A DNA stretch of 64,000 bases from NCBI RefSeq assembly GCF_000143415.4, contig NW_003314267.1, forward strand, positions 1,123,309 through 1,187,308, written 5' to 3'. Position numbers and translations under genes: made by a program. This document shows positions 50,151 to 62,421 of this stretch, piece after piece. The notes beneath the pieces are model-generated. The model ran no database searches and had not been told where the DNA came from. It saw only the letters and a list, made by a program, of their open reading frames with translations. The stretch comes from Selaginella moellendorffii. Lineage: Eukaryota; Plantae; Lycopodiophyta. How positions within the stretch are numbered: position 1 is the stretch's first letter; each line of letters opens with the position of its first letter.

Positions 50151-53100
50151 CTACTGAAGAGTGGTCAGTAGCTTCCAAGTCCACTCTCCAACTAGCTTCT
50201 TAAGTTCCTCCACCTCCAGATGCAATTTGGCTCTGGATGGTAACTGCACTGATGGGAATGTCCAGGTCCGAAAGAAGCTCTGGATATCCTCCCAGCTCAG
50301 ATTGTCATTGTCATCGTCATCGATTGCAAGTGTCTTGCCACCAAGAGAAGTATACCAAACTGAATCCACAATGCCAACCATTACCGCCTCTAGCTGCAAG
50401 AGAAGGTTGGTGCGGTTCCAAGCAAACCATCTAAGCTCTCGAGTGACCTCTTGCAAATCATGGTTGTGTACAGGTAATGGTGGTAGATCATACTCGGGAA
50501 CACTTGACGCTGTCGTGTGACTGCCTCGAGCTGCGAGGGTGGTGCTGGTGAGGACGAATCCTCTAGCTTGATTGGAGTAACCGGCTGCAAGACAAGATTA
50601 GCTACATCTGGAGTTCCTTGCAAGTCATGCTTGATGAGAGAAGCCAGGCCTCACAGCCTAGTGCTCTATAGAGAATGAGAACACTTCCAGAACAATCCCC
50701 TGGGATGGATCTCTAAGAAAGCCCTAAACTGAAGGAATGCGACTCAAGCCAGGAATGGTACACCTGGATCTTTATCACCAGCGTGACCATTGCCGCCCAC
50801 CTAGCCAGAGAGGTCGCATACTCCAAGCACTTCTCGATGTTTGCAGAAAACAATAGGTGGAAGAGCCTTAGTGAATATATCAGCAACCTGGTCCTCAGTT
50901 GCCACGTACTTAAGTGTCAGCTCTCCTCCCATCACTTGTTCTCTAATGTAGTGGTATTTTATTTGTATATGCTTCGTCCTGGTGTGATATCTCGGATTCT
51001 GAAAGAGTAATTGCCGATTGATTATCCAAGAGAATGACCGTGGGTCCTTGTTGCCGTAGCTGCATACTCGCTACAAGCTCAGGAAGCCAGCTCGCCTCTT
51101 GTGCTACCCCTGTCAAAGCTAGATACTCTGCTTCAGTTGTCGACAAGGCTGTCACAGCTTGCCGCTTGCTGTTCCAAGTTACCACTCCATCACCAAGGAA
51201 AAAGCAATAGCCGGATGTAGACTTCCTGTCGTCTAAATCCCCTGCATAATCGGCATCGGCATAGCCTCACAAAATAAATGCGTGACCAGAAACCTCCCGT
51301 TGATAGCTCAGGCCAAAATTAGCAGTGCCTCTGAGATAGCGCAAGATGCGCTTCACAGCTTGCCAATGTTGCCAGCCTGGATTCGCCATATACTTAGCCA
51401 CCTCTCCCACAGAATAAGCAATGTCTGGGCGGGTAAGTAGATTAAGCATCCAACGACCTGGCGATACGGCACAAGCTCCATCTGTTGCGTCTCAGCCTCA
51501 CTAGGAGACATCTCAGCAGACAAATGAGTACTCGCTTGCATTGGAGTAACGGAAGGGAATGCGGTCTTCACATCCATTTGCTCCACATAAAGATCATGCT
51601 GCGCTGCTAAAGCAAGTAACATCCTGATAGAAGCCATCTTCACGACCGGGCTGAAAGTTTCTGTAAAGTCTATGCCTTCGATCTGAGTAAAGCCTCGTGC
51701 CACAAGCCTAGCTTTAAAGCGCTGCACTTCTCCTGAAGGTCCAGCTTTCACGCAGAAAAGTAGCTTTGTCGAAACTACATTAGCATTGTTAGGAACTTCA
51801 TCAGGAAGATACCAGGTTTCATTCTTTGCATGAGCTCGCATCTCAGCATCAATAGCTTCACCCCACGCAGCAGCATAAGGAGATTTCTTAGCTTGTGCAA
51901 GCGTAACAGGAATCTGCTGTGAACATAGCCGTTCGACTCTGATGATAAGAAGCTCTAGCAGCTACTCGTGCTCGCTTCTCAGCTTGCTCTCGCTGATAAG
52001 CTTCACCCTTCGCTGTATAGGTTAAAGGGCGCTCAAAACCTGGATAAGATCAGGATCTCGGTGACGCACAGGTTCAGGAACCATATCCTCAGGTTCAGGA
52101 ATATTGTGATCAGGAACCACCTCAGGAACGTGATCAGGCTCTGGAGCTCGTGTCACAGCAGAGGTTGAATCTCCCCCTGCAGCTGGAGCATAAGCACAGC
52201 CAAGTCGAGGTAGAGGATCATCTTCCTCATCTTCCCATGGATGAAAGAAAACAGGCTGTGAGCTCGCCCTACTTTCTCCACGAAGAAAACCTGTAGAAGG
52301 AACTCCTGGATCCTTGTGACGTTGAAAATACACACGAGATTCATCAAAGATGACATCTCGACTCACAAACTCTTTTCCCGAGTCTAGATGAAGGAGTCGG
52401 TATCCTCGCTGCTCATCACTATAGCCCAGAAATACACACTTCTTGGATTTAACATCCAATTTCCTACGTAGCTCATTAGGAACATGAAAAAAAGCTAGAC
52501 AGCCAAACTGCCGTAAGATATCCATGCGTGGACGTTGTCTAGTCCACGCCTCATAAGGTGTCTTGCCTTGAACACCTGTGGTCAACACCCTATTACGCAC
52601 GAAGACAGCTGTGGCTATAGCATGATCCCAAAACCTAGAAGGAAGACCAGCATCGGCAATCATCGTCCTAGCCAGCTCCACCACTGTCCTGTTAAACCGC
52701 TCAGCTACCCCGTTAAGCTCAGGAGTGTATGGAACTGTGAATTTCCTGCTTTCTCGCAGTAATCAGAAAAATGGACGGAACTCACCTCCTCCATCAGAGC
52801 GGAGCACTTTGATGCGTAAATCAAGCTGGTTCTCCACTTCATGCTTATAAGCCTTGAATGCTAGCAAAGCTTCGTCCTTAGTAGCTAAGAACTTAACAGC
52901 CAGCATCATCAATAAACGAAATAAAGTACCTCTTCTTGCGCTGTGTCATCACTTGAAAAGGGCCACATAAGTCTAAGTGAACCAGCTGAAGAGGACTTGT
53001 CGCCCGAACACTCCCGCCAGAGTTGAACGCCCGACGATGCTGCTTTCCCATGATGCATGGCTCGCATAATGGCATTGAAAAAGACGTGATGGCCAAGCCA

Positions 53101-54960
53101 TCAACCACGTGGTCTCGCTGCAACTGCTGGATCGTCTTGTGATTCACGTGGCCTAATCGACGATGCCAAGTTTGGATATCTGCAGCTCCCCCTGAAGATG
53201 AACTCGCAGTAGCCACTGTCATCGTAGCTAACACAAACCTCGCAATCCATCCGGAACAGTCGTCCTATCTTGCTTGCTGAAGCCACATGTCCAACCTCTG
53301 GATGTGTGATCTTGACACGATCACCACGAAATTCCAATTGCTCCATCATTTGTCCTAGGGACACCAAGGAATGTTGAGCCTTGGGGATGTACCACACATG
53401 CTTGACTGGAACCACCAAGCCTGTGGGTAGTCGCACTTCAATCGTGCCCACACCTTCAACCGCTAACAAGCTGTTATCTGTGAGTTGCAAGTGCATGTCC
53501 TCATCTCCAAAAATAGCTCACGGTCAAAAGTTGAGTTGCTGCCAAATCCAGCCAAACACGGCTTTTGGTATCCACCTCTACTCCTCGAGTCATCCATGAC
53601 AAGCCATTGGCCGCAGCGGAAGAGTCTTCATCGTCACCATCATCTCGGCGTCGACTTTTAAAATGTGGTGCCGCACCAGAGGAAGATCCACGCTCAGCTT
53701 TCAATTTTGTCTCACGACGTTGCTTCTTCACTGGACAATCCCTGCTCAGGTGCCCACGCTCACGTCCCACAGTTCAAATTGAATTCTCGCTTGGTGGCTG
53801 GCTTTTCCTCGGTGCTGTTGGAGCGCTTATTTCCAAGTCGATTAAAGACAGAGGAGCGCCCTGCTTGTGCTTGCTGATTACCACGAGTCACCATGGCAAT
53901 CCCGTCCTGCTCAGCAGCATTGCCTTCACCTATAACGGTTTCCTCGTGCTGGACGAGCTCAGCAAAAATCTGCCGCTGTGTAATGTCTATAACAAAGATG
54001 AGACTTCATAGCACGAGTTGCAAGCCCCTTGAACAGAACTGCATTAAACTCTTGATTTGTCACAGCAGCTTCTGGGTCCAGCAGTCAAATGAGTGCGTGG
54101 CCTCTAGGTTTTTATTGAATCTCCACCACTTTGCGCTGAAGCCTGGTGATGTAGTTTTGCATGTGCTTGTGTGGCTGTTGGTCCAGGCTGTATAGCTCAC
54201 TGCGACGAAGAATCATGTCCACATCTTCTTGTAGGTCCACTCCCATAATTTCACAAATTGACTTCCAATTCTTAGCAGAACTCTTCTCCACATTTATATG
54301 GACACTGTAAAGAGGGCCAAGTCCTCCTCCTAATGCTCCATTTGCCCTAGCATCCAGATCTTTCCACTTGTTGTATGGATCTCTGTCATCATCATCGTTG
54401 GATGAGCATTTTCTCGATCTAGATACCACATGCCAGAGTCCCCACCTCATAAACCAGAATTGTGCACATTCTTTCCAGGCAAGGAAATTCGTCCCATCGA
54501 ACTGCTCCATGTCTCTGGAGGAAGAAGACGATGCCATCCTGTCTTAGCATCCATGGCACTGCTCATGCCAAAAAAAATCTAACCTATTGCTCTGATACCA
54601 TGATGAGAGAAGCCAGGCTTCATGGCCTAGTGCTCTATAGAGAATGACAACACTCCTAGAACAATCCCCTGGGATGGATCTCACACAGGATGGTAAAGTG
54701 AAGGAAGCCAGGTGGCTGTACGCCACGTGGCTCTAACAATGCTCGTCATCCTCTTCGAGTACAGGTGCATCATACTCGGGAACACTTGATGCTGGGTCAC
54801 TGCTGGCGATCACTGCCTCAAGCTGCGATAGGAAATCCTCTGCTTTCTTGTCCGCTGTTGCAGCAGGAGTCTGCCCACAAGCGAAAAATGTCAAGGAACA
54901 AGAAAAAATGACAGAAACGAGCAAGCTGTACACACCTCATCCAATCCTGTTGCCTGTGTG
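50151..54960 (-). pseudogene. Host ORF of unknown function split by the copia insertion (halves ~54739-54880 and 50151-50626)
   Basis: Removing the element and one TSD rejoins LEEDDE-H-DLQGTPDV in frame. Repeated QLEAV...VPEYD.P motif on both sides. Confidence 0.6.
50632..54738 (-). mobile_element. Ty1/copia retrotransposon with internal deletions, 4107 bp
   Basis: LTR 54601-54738 and truncated LTR 50632-~50713. TSD ATGCT at 50627-50631 and 54739-54743. Perfect PBS TGGTATCAGAGC at 54600-54589. Gag FDGTNF, WHRRLGH, IN HLDLCGP and KLDVKSKKCVFLGY, RT KARLVARGF and [19 protein letters not shown]. Confidence 0.92.
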
Positions 54961-57127
54961 CTTGCCTGTGCTGGAGTGCGTCGCAACCAGGAGAACGCCA
55001 ATGCTAGAGTTTCCATCGCTGCCAATATAATAGGGCAGGGTATTTATTTAGAAGATCATGGAATATTATCGAAGGAATATATGTAAAGAGATTTGCTTGG
55101 ATGTCAAGCAGCTCGTGAATCTGAGGATCATCAGCTGCCTTCTTTCAACCAGCAACCCGCGTTTTGTACTGCTTCTGGCATCCTTGGATCTGTAAAACAA
55201 GTGAGCGAGGGTATGAAACCATTTCAGCTGGGCATCCTCCAAACGTACCTTACCCTTTAAAAGACATCGCGCAGACCGTTCGTCTTTGTAGACAAGTTAG
55301 ATACATTTCTGAAGTGGCTGGTGAGGAAGCGTTGGAAATCCATTATGTTGCGATTATTGTACACAGTGAATAACTCCAGATAACCTGCAATAAAGAGAAA
55401 CATGAAATATTTGACTATAGAAACTTCAATGTGGTGTGGCTGGTGGAAAAACTAGAACAAATTAACTGGCAGCATTTCCTTTCACGATGGTGTGTAGTTG
55501 CAACGTTTAGTCAAACAATGTTCCGGAAGGAGCCCCAGAACCTTCTCCAGCTCTGCCTTATTAGTTGTGATGGGGAAGTGTCACGCAAGGGGATGCTGCT
55601 GGACTTTACTTCGTGTCCTGGCAGAGTGTCAAGGAGGGTTATCATCCGCTCATCTATGAAGATTCCATGGCTTTACGATCATGATAGCAACCTGGCTTAC
55701 TTCTTGATTGCGGTATAATCGAGTACCATATGGACGGCGTTTGTATGCGATCTCTTCACTGAACGCTTTGCCTAGCTTTGTGTTACTTACGCGATTGTAC
55801 TCTTTGCATCTTGTGCAACTTTGGAAGCAGGTTGCAAGTGACAAGATCAAGTGTTCATCAGCCAACTACAATCAAGCCATAAACCAGCTCACCAAGACTC
55901 CAAGCAAGGAGAGCAAGAGGAAACAAGTGGACAAAGGCAACTCAACTTTCAAGCCAATAATTTGCCAAGATCAAGCCAAGATTATTGCCAAGAGAAGTTA
56001 TAGAACAAAGAGAGGCCAAGAGCACTGAAACCATAGGAAGACCAAGAACAAGGTAAAGTCTACAACTTCTGAAGAGCTTGGAGCTTGAAGATTGTATGAA
56101 GCATGTAGTAGCGAGGATCATTAGCAAAGCTCACAAACCCTTGCATTATGCATCCATCAGTCTCATGCTTCAAGTGCGAGACTATCAACACAGCATATAG
56201 ATAAATAAATAGATAGAGTAAATGTTCTCCTGCGTGGATCGCGTTCAGTGATTTCAGGAAAAATGGGTTTGATGTTTTGGCCGATAAAGGGCAGTGAAAA
56301 GAAAGCATAGAAAATAGCTGTCATCTATATGCAAGTTTAGGATTGCTCGCTCGGCTTGCGAGCAGCAGCAATGATCCCAAGGTGTGTTTGTTCAAATTGC
56401 GTTTCTCAAGGCAGCAACCCTGGCATTTTTTATTCCATACCAAAGAATGTGAAGGAATGAAGGTTTGTATGATGGGACGGAATGCTTATCTGAGCGTTGT
56501 GAGCACTGTGGTGCGGAGGCTAGACCTTCGATTGTGTCGCGTGTGGGATCAAGCCTGCAACGCCGCAGAGGTCGACATGTCCATCGCCAGAGTCGAGGTG
56601 ATCGATGACTATTATGATCCCTTTCCCCTCTATAGTATTATAGAGGGCCTATCACTTACGCCGACCTCCGCTCTGGCGTGGATAGCTTGGATGAGAAAAC
56701 GCACCGAGATCTCGTGAAAGCAGTACTCGCTAAAGTCAAGCGGGACGTCAAGCGGCAGATGCAAATGCCCAAGTTTAGCAATTCGCTGGCGAAGCTCATC
56801 CGGAGATCACCGTGGAAACCAGGGTTGACACCGTCCAATGTGTTTTCCAAATCCACTCCAGGTGCTAGAGAGTTTAAGGAGCGAATGCAGGAACGCATGT
56901 GCAGCAAGCTGTTGCAGGAGAGGCCAGGGGAAATGGATTTCTCGGCGAACAGCTGCTACGAGCCCGACGTGTATAACCAGCTGGTGGAGTGGATCGAGGG
57001 TGCAAAGGAGTACCATCGCGAGATTGAGATTAAAGGTTACACGGGTTGCTGCGTGAATCTCTTCAGGTTTGAGGTGGCGCACATTGAGCAGCTGCTGCGG
57101 GATTACAAGGCGCAGGAGGGAGCAGGG
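54943..57127 (+). repeat. Left arm of an inverted segmental duplication (partner ~61630-64000)
   Basis: Long reverse-complement similarity, e.g. ORF 55431-55718(+) versus 63182-63454(-). Confidence 0.9.
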
Positions 57128-57139
57128 GAAAGGAATTGA
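56470..57139 (+). pseudogene. Frameshifted, internally deleted paralog of the 315-aa orphan ORF
   Basis: MGRNAYLSVV... and ...DFSANSCYEPDVYNQLVEW lie in two frames; the MACWAEQ...EDDLL segment is missing. Confidence 0.75.
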
Positions 57140-57289
57140 AGGGGAAAGAAATGTATCGCATCGCAGGTGTTTCCCGCATGATCCGGAAGCAGCAGTGCCG
57201 AGAGTCTCCGCCAAGGCTCTTTTCTTCCCGAGCGCACTTGCCACTTGCCCACGGCGGCAACTGCTGGCAAAGAGATTTCAAAGAAGCGA

Positions 57290-58345
57290 ATGGAAGACGA
57301 GAAGACGTGGGTGTGGAACTGCGTCATCAGAGACTACGGCATGCTTGGCCGAGTCGAGTGCGCTCGAGAGGCATTTCTGCAGTGTCCAGCTAGGAACTTC
57401 CTGAGCTGGAAGCTCCTTGCTGACGCATATGCCCACAAGGGGCATTACGGGAAAGTGCTAGAGATTGAAGACAAGATCCCGGCTGTGATGTATCAGCTTG
57501 CTCCGCCTCCTCCTTCTCCAGCATCCATCTTTGATGCTGTTTCTCTGTACCAGAAAGGCAAGAGGTGGGCAGCATGGGAACTTCTTCAAGTGTTTTGCCA
57601 TGAGGGAAATGGAAGGAAGATTCTTTTTTCGGCATTGGGCAAATACAAGACAGTTTCTATGCTTCTTGTGTTCACTTCCCTCTTGACTTATGGCGATGCC
57701 CAGCTTTTCAAGCTAATTCGGACCATGATAGAAGGATCTTCACTGACTGAAGAAAGCCTCATCCATCTAGCATGCTGCCAGGGCAAGAAAGAAGTCAAGC
57801 GCCTCGAAGACTATTATCACGGCCTTCATCTGTCGAAGACTCGGGGCGTTCCAGTCACTCGAGGTGTTTCAGGCGTTCCAGTGGAAGCTACGTGAGCTGC
57901 GAAGGAACCAGCCACTGAGGGCGTTCCAGTGGAAGCTCCGCCAGCTGCGAAGGAACCAGTCACTCAGGGCGTCGCAGTCACTCAGGGTGTTCCAATGGAA
58001 CCAGCCACTCAGGGCGTTCCAATGGAAGCGCGAGCTGCGCGTGAGCGTCTCGAGGCTTTGTACATCAAGGCCTCATTCTGTGTGTTTGGCGAGGATATGC
58101 AGCTAAAGCTGAAGGCTCTGAAGGCGCTCAGAGCAATGCGAATTGCTGGAGCTCACTGTGGGGACTTACTGCTGGAACAAGGAAATAGCCCAGCAGATAA
58201 CTACGCAAAGACACTGGCAATCCATGCCATATCAGAGGCTGAGCAGCTGATGGCTCTTGGTGACGTGCCTAAAGAGTGCCGGCCATTCGTGAACGCTCTC
58301 AAGAGTGTCCTTGCAAAGCTGAGAGACGACGTTGTCATACGCTAG
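57290..58345 (+). pseudogene. Chimeric ORF: two PPR-like motifs, unknown domain, peptide repeats and a helical tail; one in-frame TGA at 57893
   Basis: WNCVIRDYGMLGRVECAREAF...RNFLSWKLLADAYAHKG. ORFs 57245-57895 and 57929-58345 are in the same frame. TQGVP(V/M)E repeats at ~57840-58030. Confidence 0.5.
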
Positions 58346-59146
58346 GACCCGGGGCTTGTGAATGTACAGTTTTTTACGATGTGACGACAACGTTATAGTA
58401 GGATTTTAACCTAGTAACCGACATCCCCGACTCTTCTATGATGCTATGATGGCTGAGCATGGTGTCAGTGCCTCTAGCCTACGTTGTAAGTCGCTGACAC
58501 CAGCTCAGGTGCATGCGTGGTTATTATCGTCTGGACAAGTCTAGCTTTGGGCCGGTCTCACTGTGCCTCTCCAGTTCCCGGCACGGCACTCGTATGGCAT
58601 CAATAAGCTCGCGTTTCTGACCGGAACATGTCCTGAGAGATATCAATGTTTTGGTTACGAAAGCTGGGCTGGTGAAGTAGCCACTGCCGGAGGAGAGCTT
58701 CAGCGCGGTCACTCCGGAGGGACTTGCCAGTGTTGAAGGGGCGCTTGCCTGGAAATGCGTTGGTCAGGGCTGGAGTGATCGGGCTCTCTGTTCAAGGCAG
58801 TCCTTGAGATTTGGAAACTTCGAACGTACGGTGTTCGTGGCATCTTCACCTCCTCGAGCTCGATATCTAGATGAGGGGCAGCCGCGCGTGGAAGTCCTCA
58901 GCGCTGGGAACTCCAAGGAGGCATGAGCGTGGCAGAAGTGGAACGGAGCACGATTGGTGTGTGCAGGAAGCACTCTTTTTCCTTTTCTCTGTTTTGTTCC
59001 GGTGCTCCTTACTATAATATATCTAACGCTTGAAACTAACCAAAACCTAACTAGACCTCAGACCTCTCCACGTGGACAAGTTTGCAACCAAAGTTCTAGA
59101 CATGGAGGGAGCTAGAATGCCAAGTTCATCACAATTGCGCTGCCTA

Positions 59147-59750
59147 TCAACATAAGTCCATCAGCATATACCGCGGTGACACATCCTCAAATCGCCTGGG
59201 CTCGCACCTCCTCACCACGATCTTCTGCGCTGCTCCACGGTTCCCATGAAACCTCCATACTCCCGCGACCGTATTCCTTGGTCCACTCCACCAGCTGGTT
59301 ATACACGTCGGGCTCGTAGCAGCTGTTCGCTGAGAAATCCATTTCCCATGGCCTCTCCCACAGCCAGCCGGATACTTCCGTGCAAACATCAGAGCAGCAG
59401 CAGCAGCAGCAGCAGCAGGACTATTATCACTTCCCTTCCCCGATGTGATTCATCTCTTGCGCATCCAAACAAATCCTGCTCCATACGCTCCAACTTTCCA
59501 CGGACGAGCTCGGCCAAACTTGGGCATTTACATCAGCCACTTGACGTCCCGCTTGACGTCTTCCTGCGGCACACCCTGAAAGCTCCAAGTTCTCAGCTCC
59601 TCGTCGTCTCCGCTGCAAGCACTTCCTGGTGATAGCGAAGGATCGTCGTCGGGTTTCAGGAAAACTCCAGCGCAAGATGGCAAAGTTGGCGGCTCGATAT
59701 AAGCATCCCGAGCGCTTTGAACTTTTGCGATTGCACAGCATCGGTGCACT
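59147..59750 (-). pseudogene. Third, more degenerate paralog of the orphan family
   Basis: EDVKRDVKWLM, EQDLFGCA and DFSANSCYEPDVYNQLVEW pieces; (CAG)n tract at ~59392-59418. Confidence 0.65.
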
Positions 59751-61473
59751 TGCCCATTTCCAACAATATCCTTTTGTCCATCTTGATACTAAATCCTTTC
59801 TTTGATTACCAGCGAGCACGCCGGTAGACCCAATGAAACCGAGCCCAGAAAGTCCACCCGGCATCCCTTTCGATGCTGCTGCTTCTTAGAGCATTATTTT
59901 CCTGGTCCCAGTCAACTTCAGAGCCGACCACTTGAGAACCCGGCATATGCTGTAGGTGCAGTGATCGAGGAGCTTGCCTGGCTCGGAAGAAGAAGACGCA
60001 ACATCGAAGTATAACTCGACCAGGAAGAGATTGGACCTGGAACTCCTGCCATTCCCAGTGCCTGGTATACTTATCCAGCTCGAGAAGAAGCTCGTGCTGG
60101 CCTGCTGGAAACCGACTCGAGAATACCGTGTCCAACGTGATATAGTCCACTGTTGTTCTCGTAGACTTTCATGAACTGCGTCACCTCTCCATAGTGGCGC
60201 AAGAGGCCGATCTCTCGGGACAATTGGCCACCGCCTCCTCAGTCGAATTCTTGAGTCATCCATCCGTTGTAGCTTTCGCATATCTCTTCAAGCTGACAGT
60301 TAACCTGTGGTGGCTGCGACACTGTCTTTGTTGCGGAGAGCGCATGAACGTCGAAGCGTCATAGCCAAATATACATAATAAGCAGTACACCTGGATCAGT
60401 GAGGTGGCGCTACTGCCACTTAAGATCATGTCATAGAGAGCATATATACTTTACAACTTCCCAATTCTCTCGCGTTCTCTTCCCGGTGCAAGGTCCAGAT
60501 GAGAAGTGGAGAGAGTTCTGCCTCCTCGTCCCAGTTCGACGCGTGAGCCCTCGTCTTGAGTGAAAAGGATTTCGCATTCGTTCGTCTCTTTGAGCTACTC
60601 GCTCTTCAAAACCTTCCCGTGTTGCCTGTTTTGCAGTGAGGAGAAGCCAAGAAGGCTAGCGTTAGCTGGACCAAATATTGCTTCCTTTTCTTCCTCTTGG
60701 ATGTATCCGGGACAACGTCGAGCTTCCTCTTTCGTTGAAACGAAAGGTTGGTATGCGTCCATTCCAAACTCCGCAATGCCAGTGCCACGGTGCTTCTCTT
60801 CAATAATTCTCTTGTATGGAGAGCAAATTCTTACAGTGTCGTGGGCTGTGCTCAAACGCTTTGCGTGAGATATTGAGCTTTCCAAGTGAGCAGGTGGATT
60901 CCAAAGGACGACATCCTTCGATCCCCAAAGCCTTCCTCTGGCTATGTCAGAAAACATGATCAAAGGCAAGCTTTTTTTTTCACTCACATTGCAACTTTCC
61001 GCCAAAGAAACAAACAAATTCACCATAAGAACTCACGAGTGTTCGAAGTTACCTGTGATTCGGATCTTGGATGATCGCCTGGAAGAGACTCTGCGCATTT
61101 GCCAGATCCCACTTGACAGGGCATCTTTGTAGAGCTTCGGGCTCCAGCTCCATTGAGCCATGATCTGCAGCAGGTATTGGCACATTTCTCAAATGGAGAT
61201 TGGTCATTGCTTCAGACGGCCTAGACGTAGTGATCATGCACTATATTAATTCTTGACGTCACAATCCAAGCTCAATTCATCTAGCAATGTCGCTACCACA
61301 AGCACCTAGAAGATTATTGCAAATGACAGTCCCTCCCAAGCATGGAGGAACACACTACTTGTGTACTTCTTTACCTCAAGGCGAGAAATTTTATAGCTTC
61401 TAGCTTGTTGCATGGCGTGTGTTCGATACTGCTCTTGACCAAAAATGCGCTCAACATCTTATAAATCTCTGTA

Positions 61474-62421
61474 TCATGAATCATCGATCATCTCTCTCCA
61501 CCGAAACTGATCCGGTAGAGCAAGTCCATCAGCATATAACTGGCGGCGGCTACTCCTCATGTGTCTAAACATCCCTCTCTCTTCCTCAAAATCAATGGGC
61601 TCACACCTCCTCGCCACGATCTCCTGCGCTGCTCCCTCCTGCGCCTTGTAATCCCGCAGCAGCTGCTCAATGTGCGCCACCTCAAACCTGAAGAGATTCA
61701 CGCAGCAATCCGGTTCCCAACCCGTGTAATCTTTAATCTCAATCTCGCGATGGTACTCCTTTGCACCCTCGATCCACTCCACCAGCTGGTTATACACGTC
61801 GGGCTCGTAGCAGCTGTTCGCCGAGAAATCCATTTCCCCTGGCCTCTCCTGCAACAGCTTGCTGCACAGCAAGTCGTCCTCGAGCTCCTCGAGCTCCTCG
61901 AGCTCCTCAACCATCCGGGCTTCAAACCGCAGCATCACTTCCCTCGTCCTATCAATGTCGCTTGCACATCTGAACAAATCCTGCTCCGCCCAGCATGCCA
62001 TTTGCTCCTTAAACTCTCTAGCACCTGGAGTGGATTTGGAAAACACATTGGACGGTGTCAACCCTCGTTTCCACGGTGATCTCTGGATGACCTTCACCAG
62101 CGAATTGCTAAACTTGGGCATTTGCATCTGCCGCTTGACGTCCCGCTTGACTTTAGCGCGTACTGCTTTCACGAGATCTCGGTGCGTTTTCTCACCCAAG
62201 CTATGCACGCCAGAGCGGAGGTTGGCGTAAAAGATACCAAAATAGGGGCCCTCCATACTATAGAGGGGAAAGGGATCATAATAGTCATCGATCACCTCGA
62301 CTCTGGCGGTGGACATGTCGACCTCTGCGGCGTTGCAGGCTTGATCCCACACGCGACACAATCGAAGGTCCAGCCTCCGCACCACAGTGCTCACAACGCT
62401 CAGATATGAATTCCGTCCCAT
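61474..62421 (-). CDS. Hypothetical 315-aa single-exon protein (lineage-specific family)
   Basis: Uninterrupted ATG-to-stop ORF with two paralogs in the window; no domain recognised. Confidence 0.6.
   Translation of the reverse strand: MGRNSYLSVVSTVVRRLDLRLCRVWDQACNAAEVDMSTARVEVIDDYYDPFPLYSMEGPYFGIFYANLRSGVHSLGEKTHRDLVKAVRAKVKRDVKRQMQMPKFSNSLVKVIQRSPWKRGLTPSNVFSKSTPGAREFKEQMACWAEQDLFRCASDIDRTREVMLRFEARMVEELEELEELEDDLLCSKLLQERPGEMDFSANSCYEPDVYNQLVEWIEGAKEYHREIEIKDYTGWEPDCCVNLFRFEVAHIEQLLRDYKAQEGAAQEIVARRCEPIDFEEERGMFRHMRSSRRQLYADGLALPDQFRWREMIDDS

Noticed and set aside
60560-61240. Short ORFs in the duplication spacer
   Set aside because: No recognisable domain or consistent exon structure.
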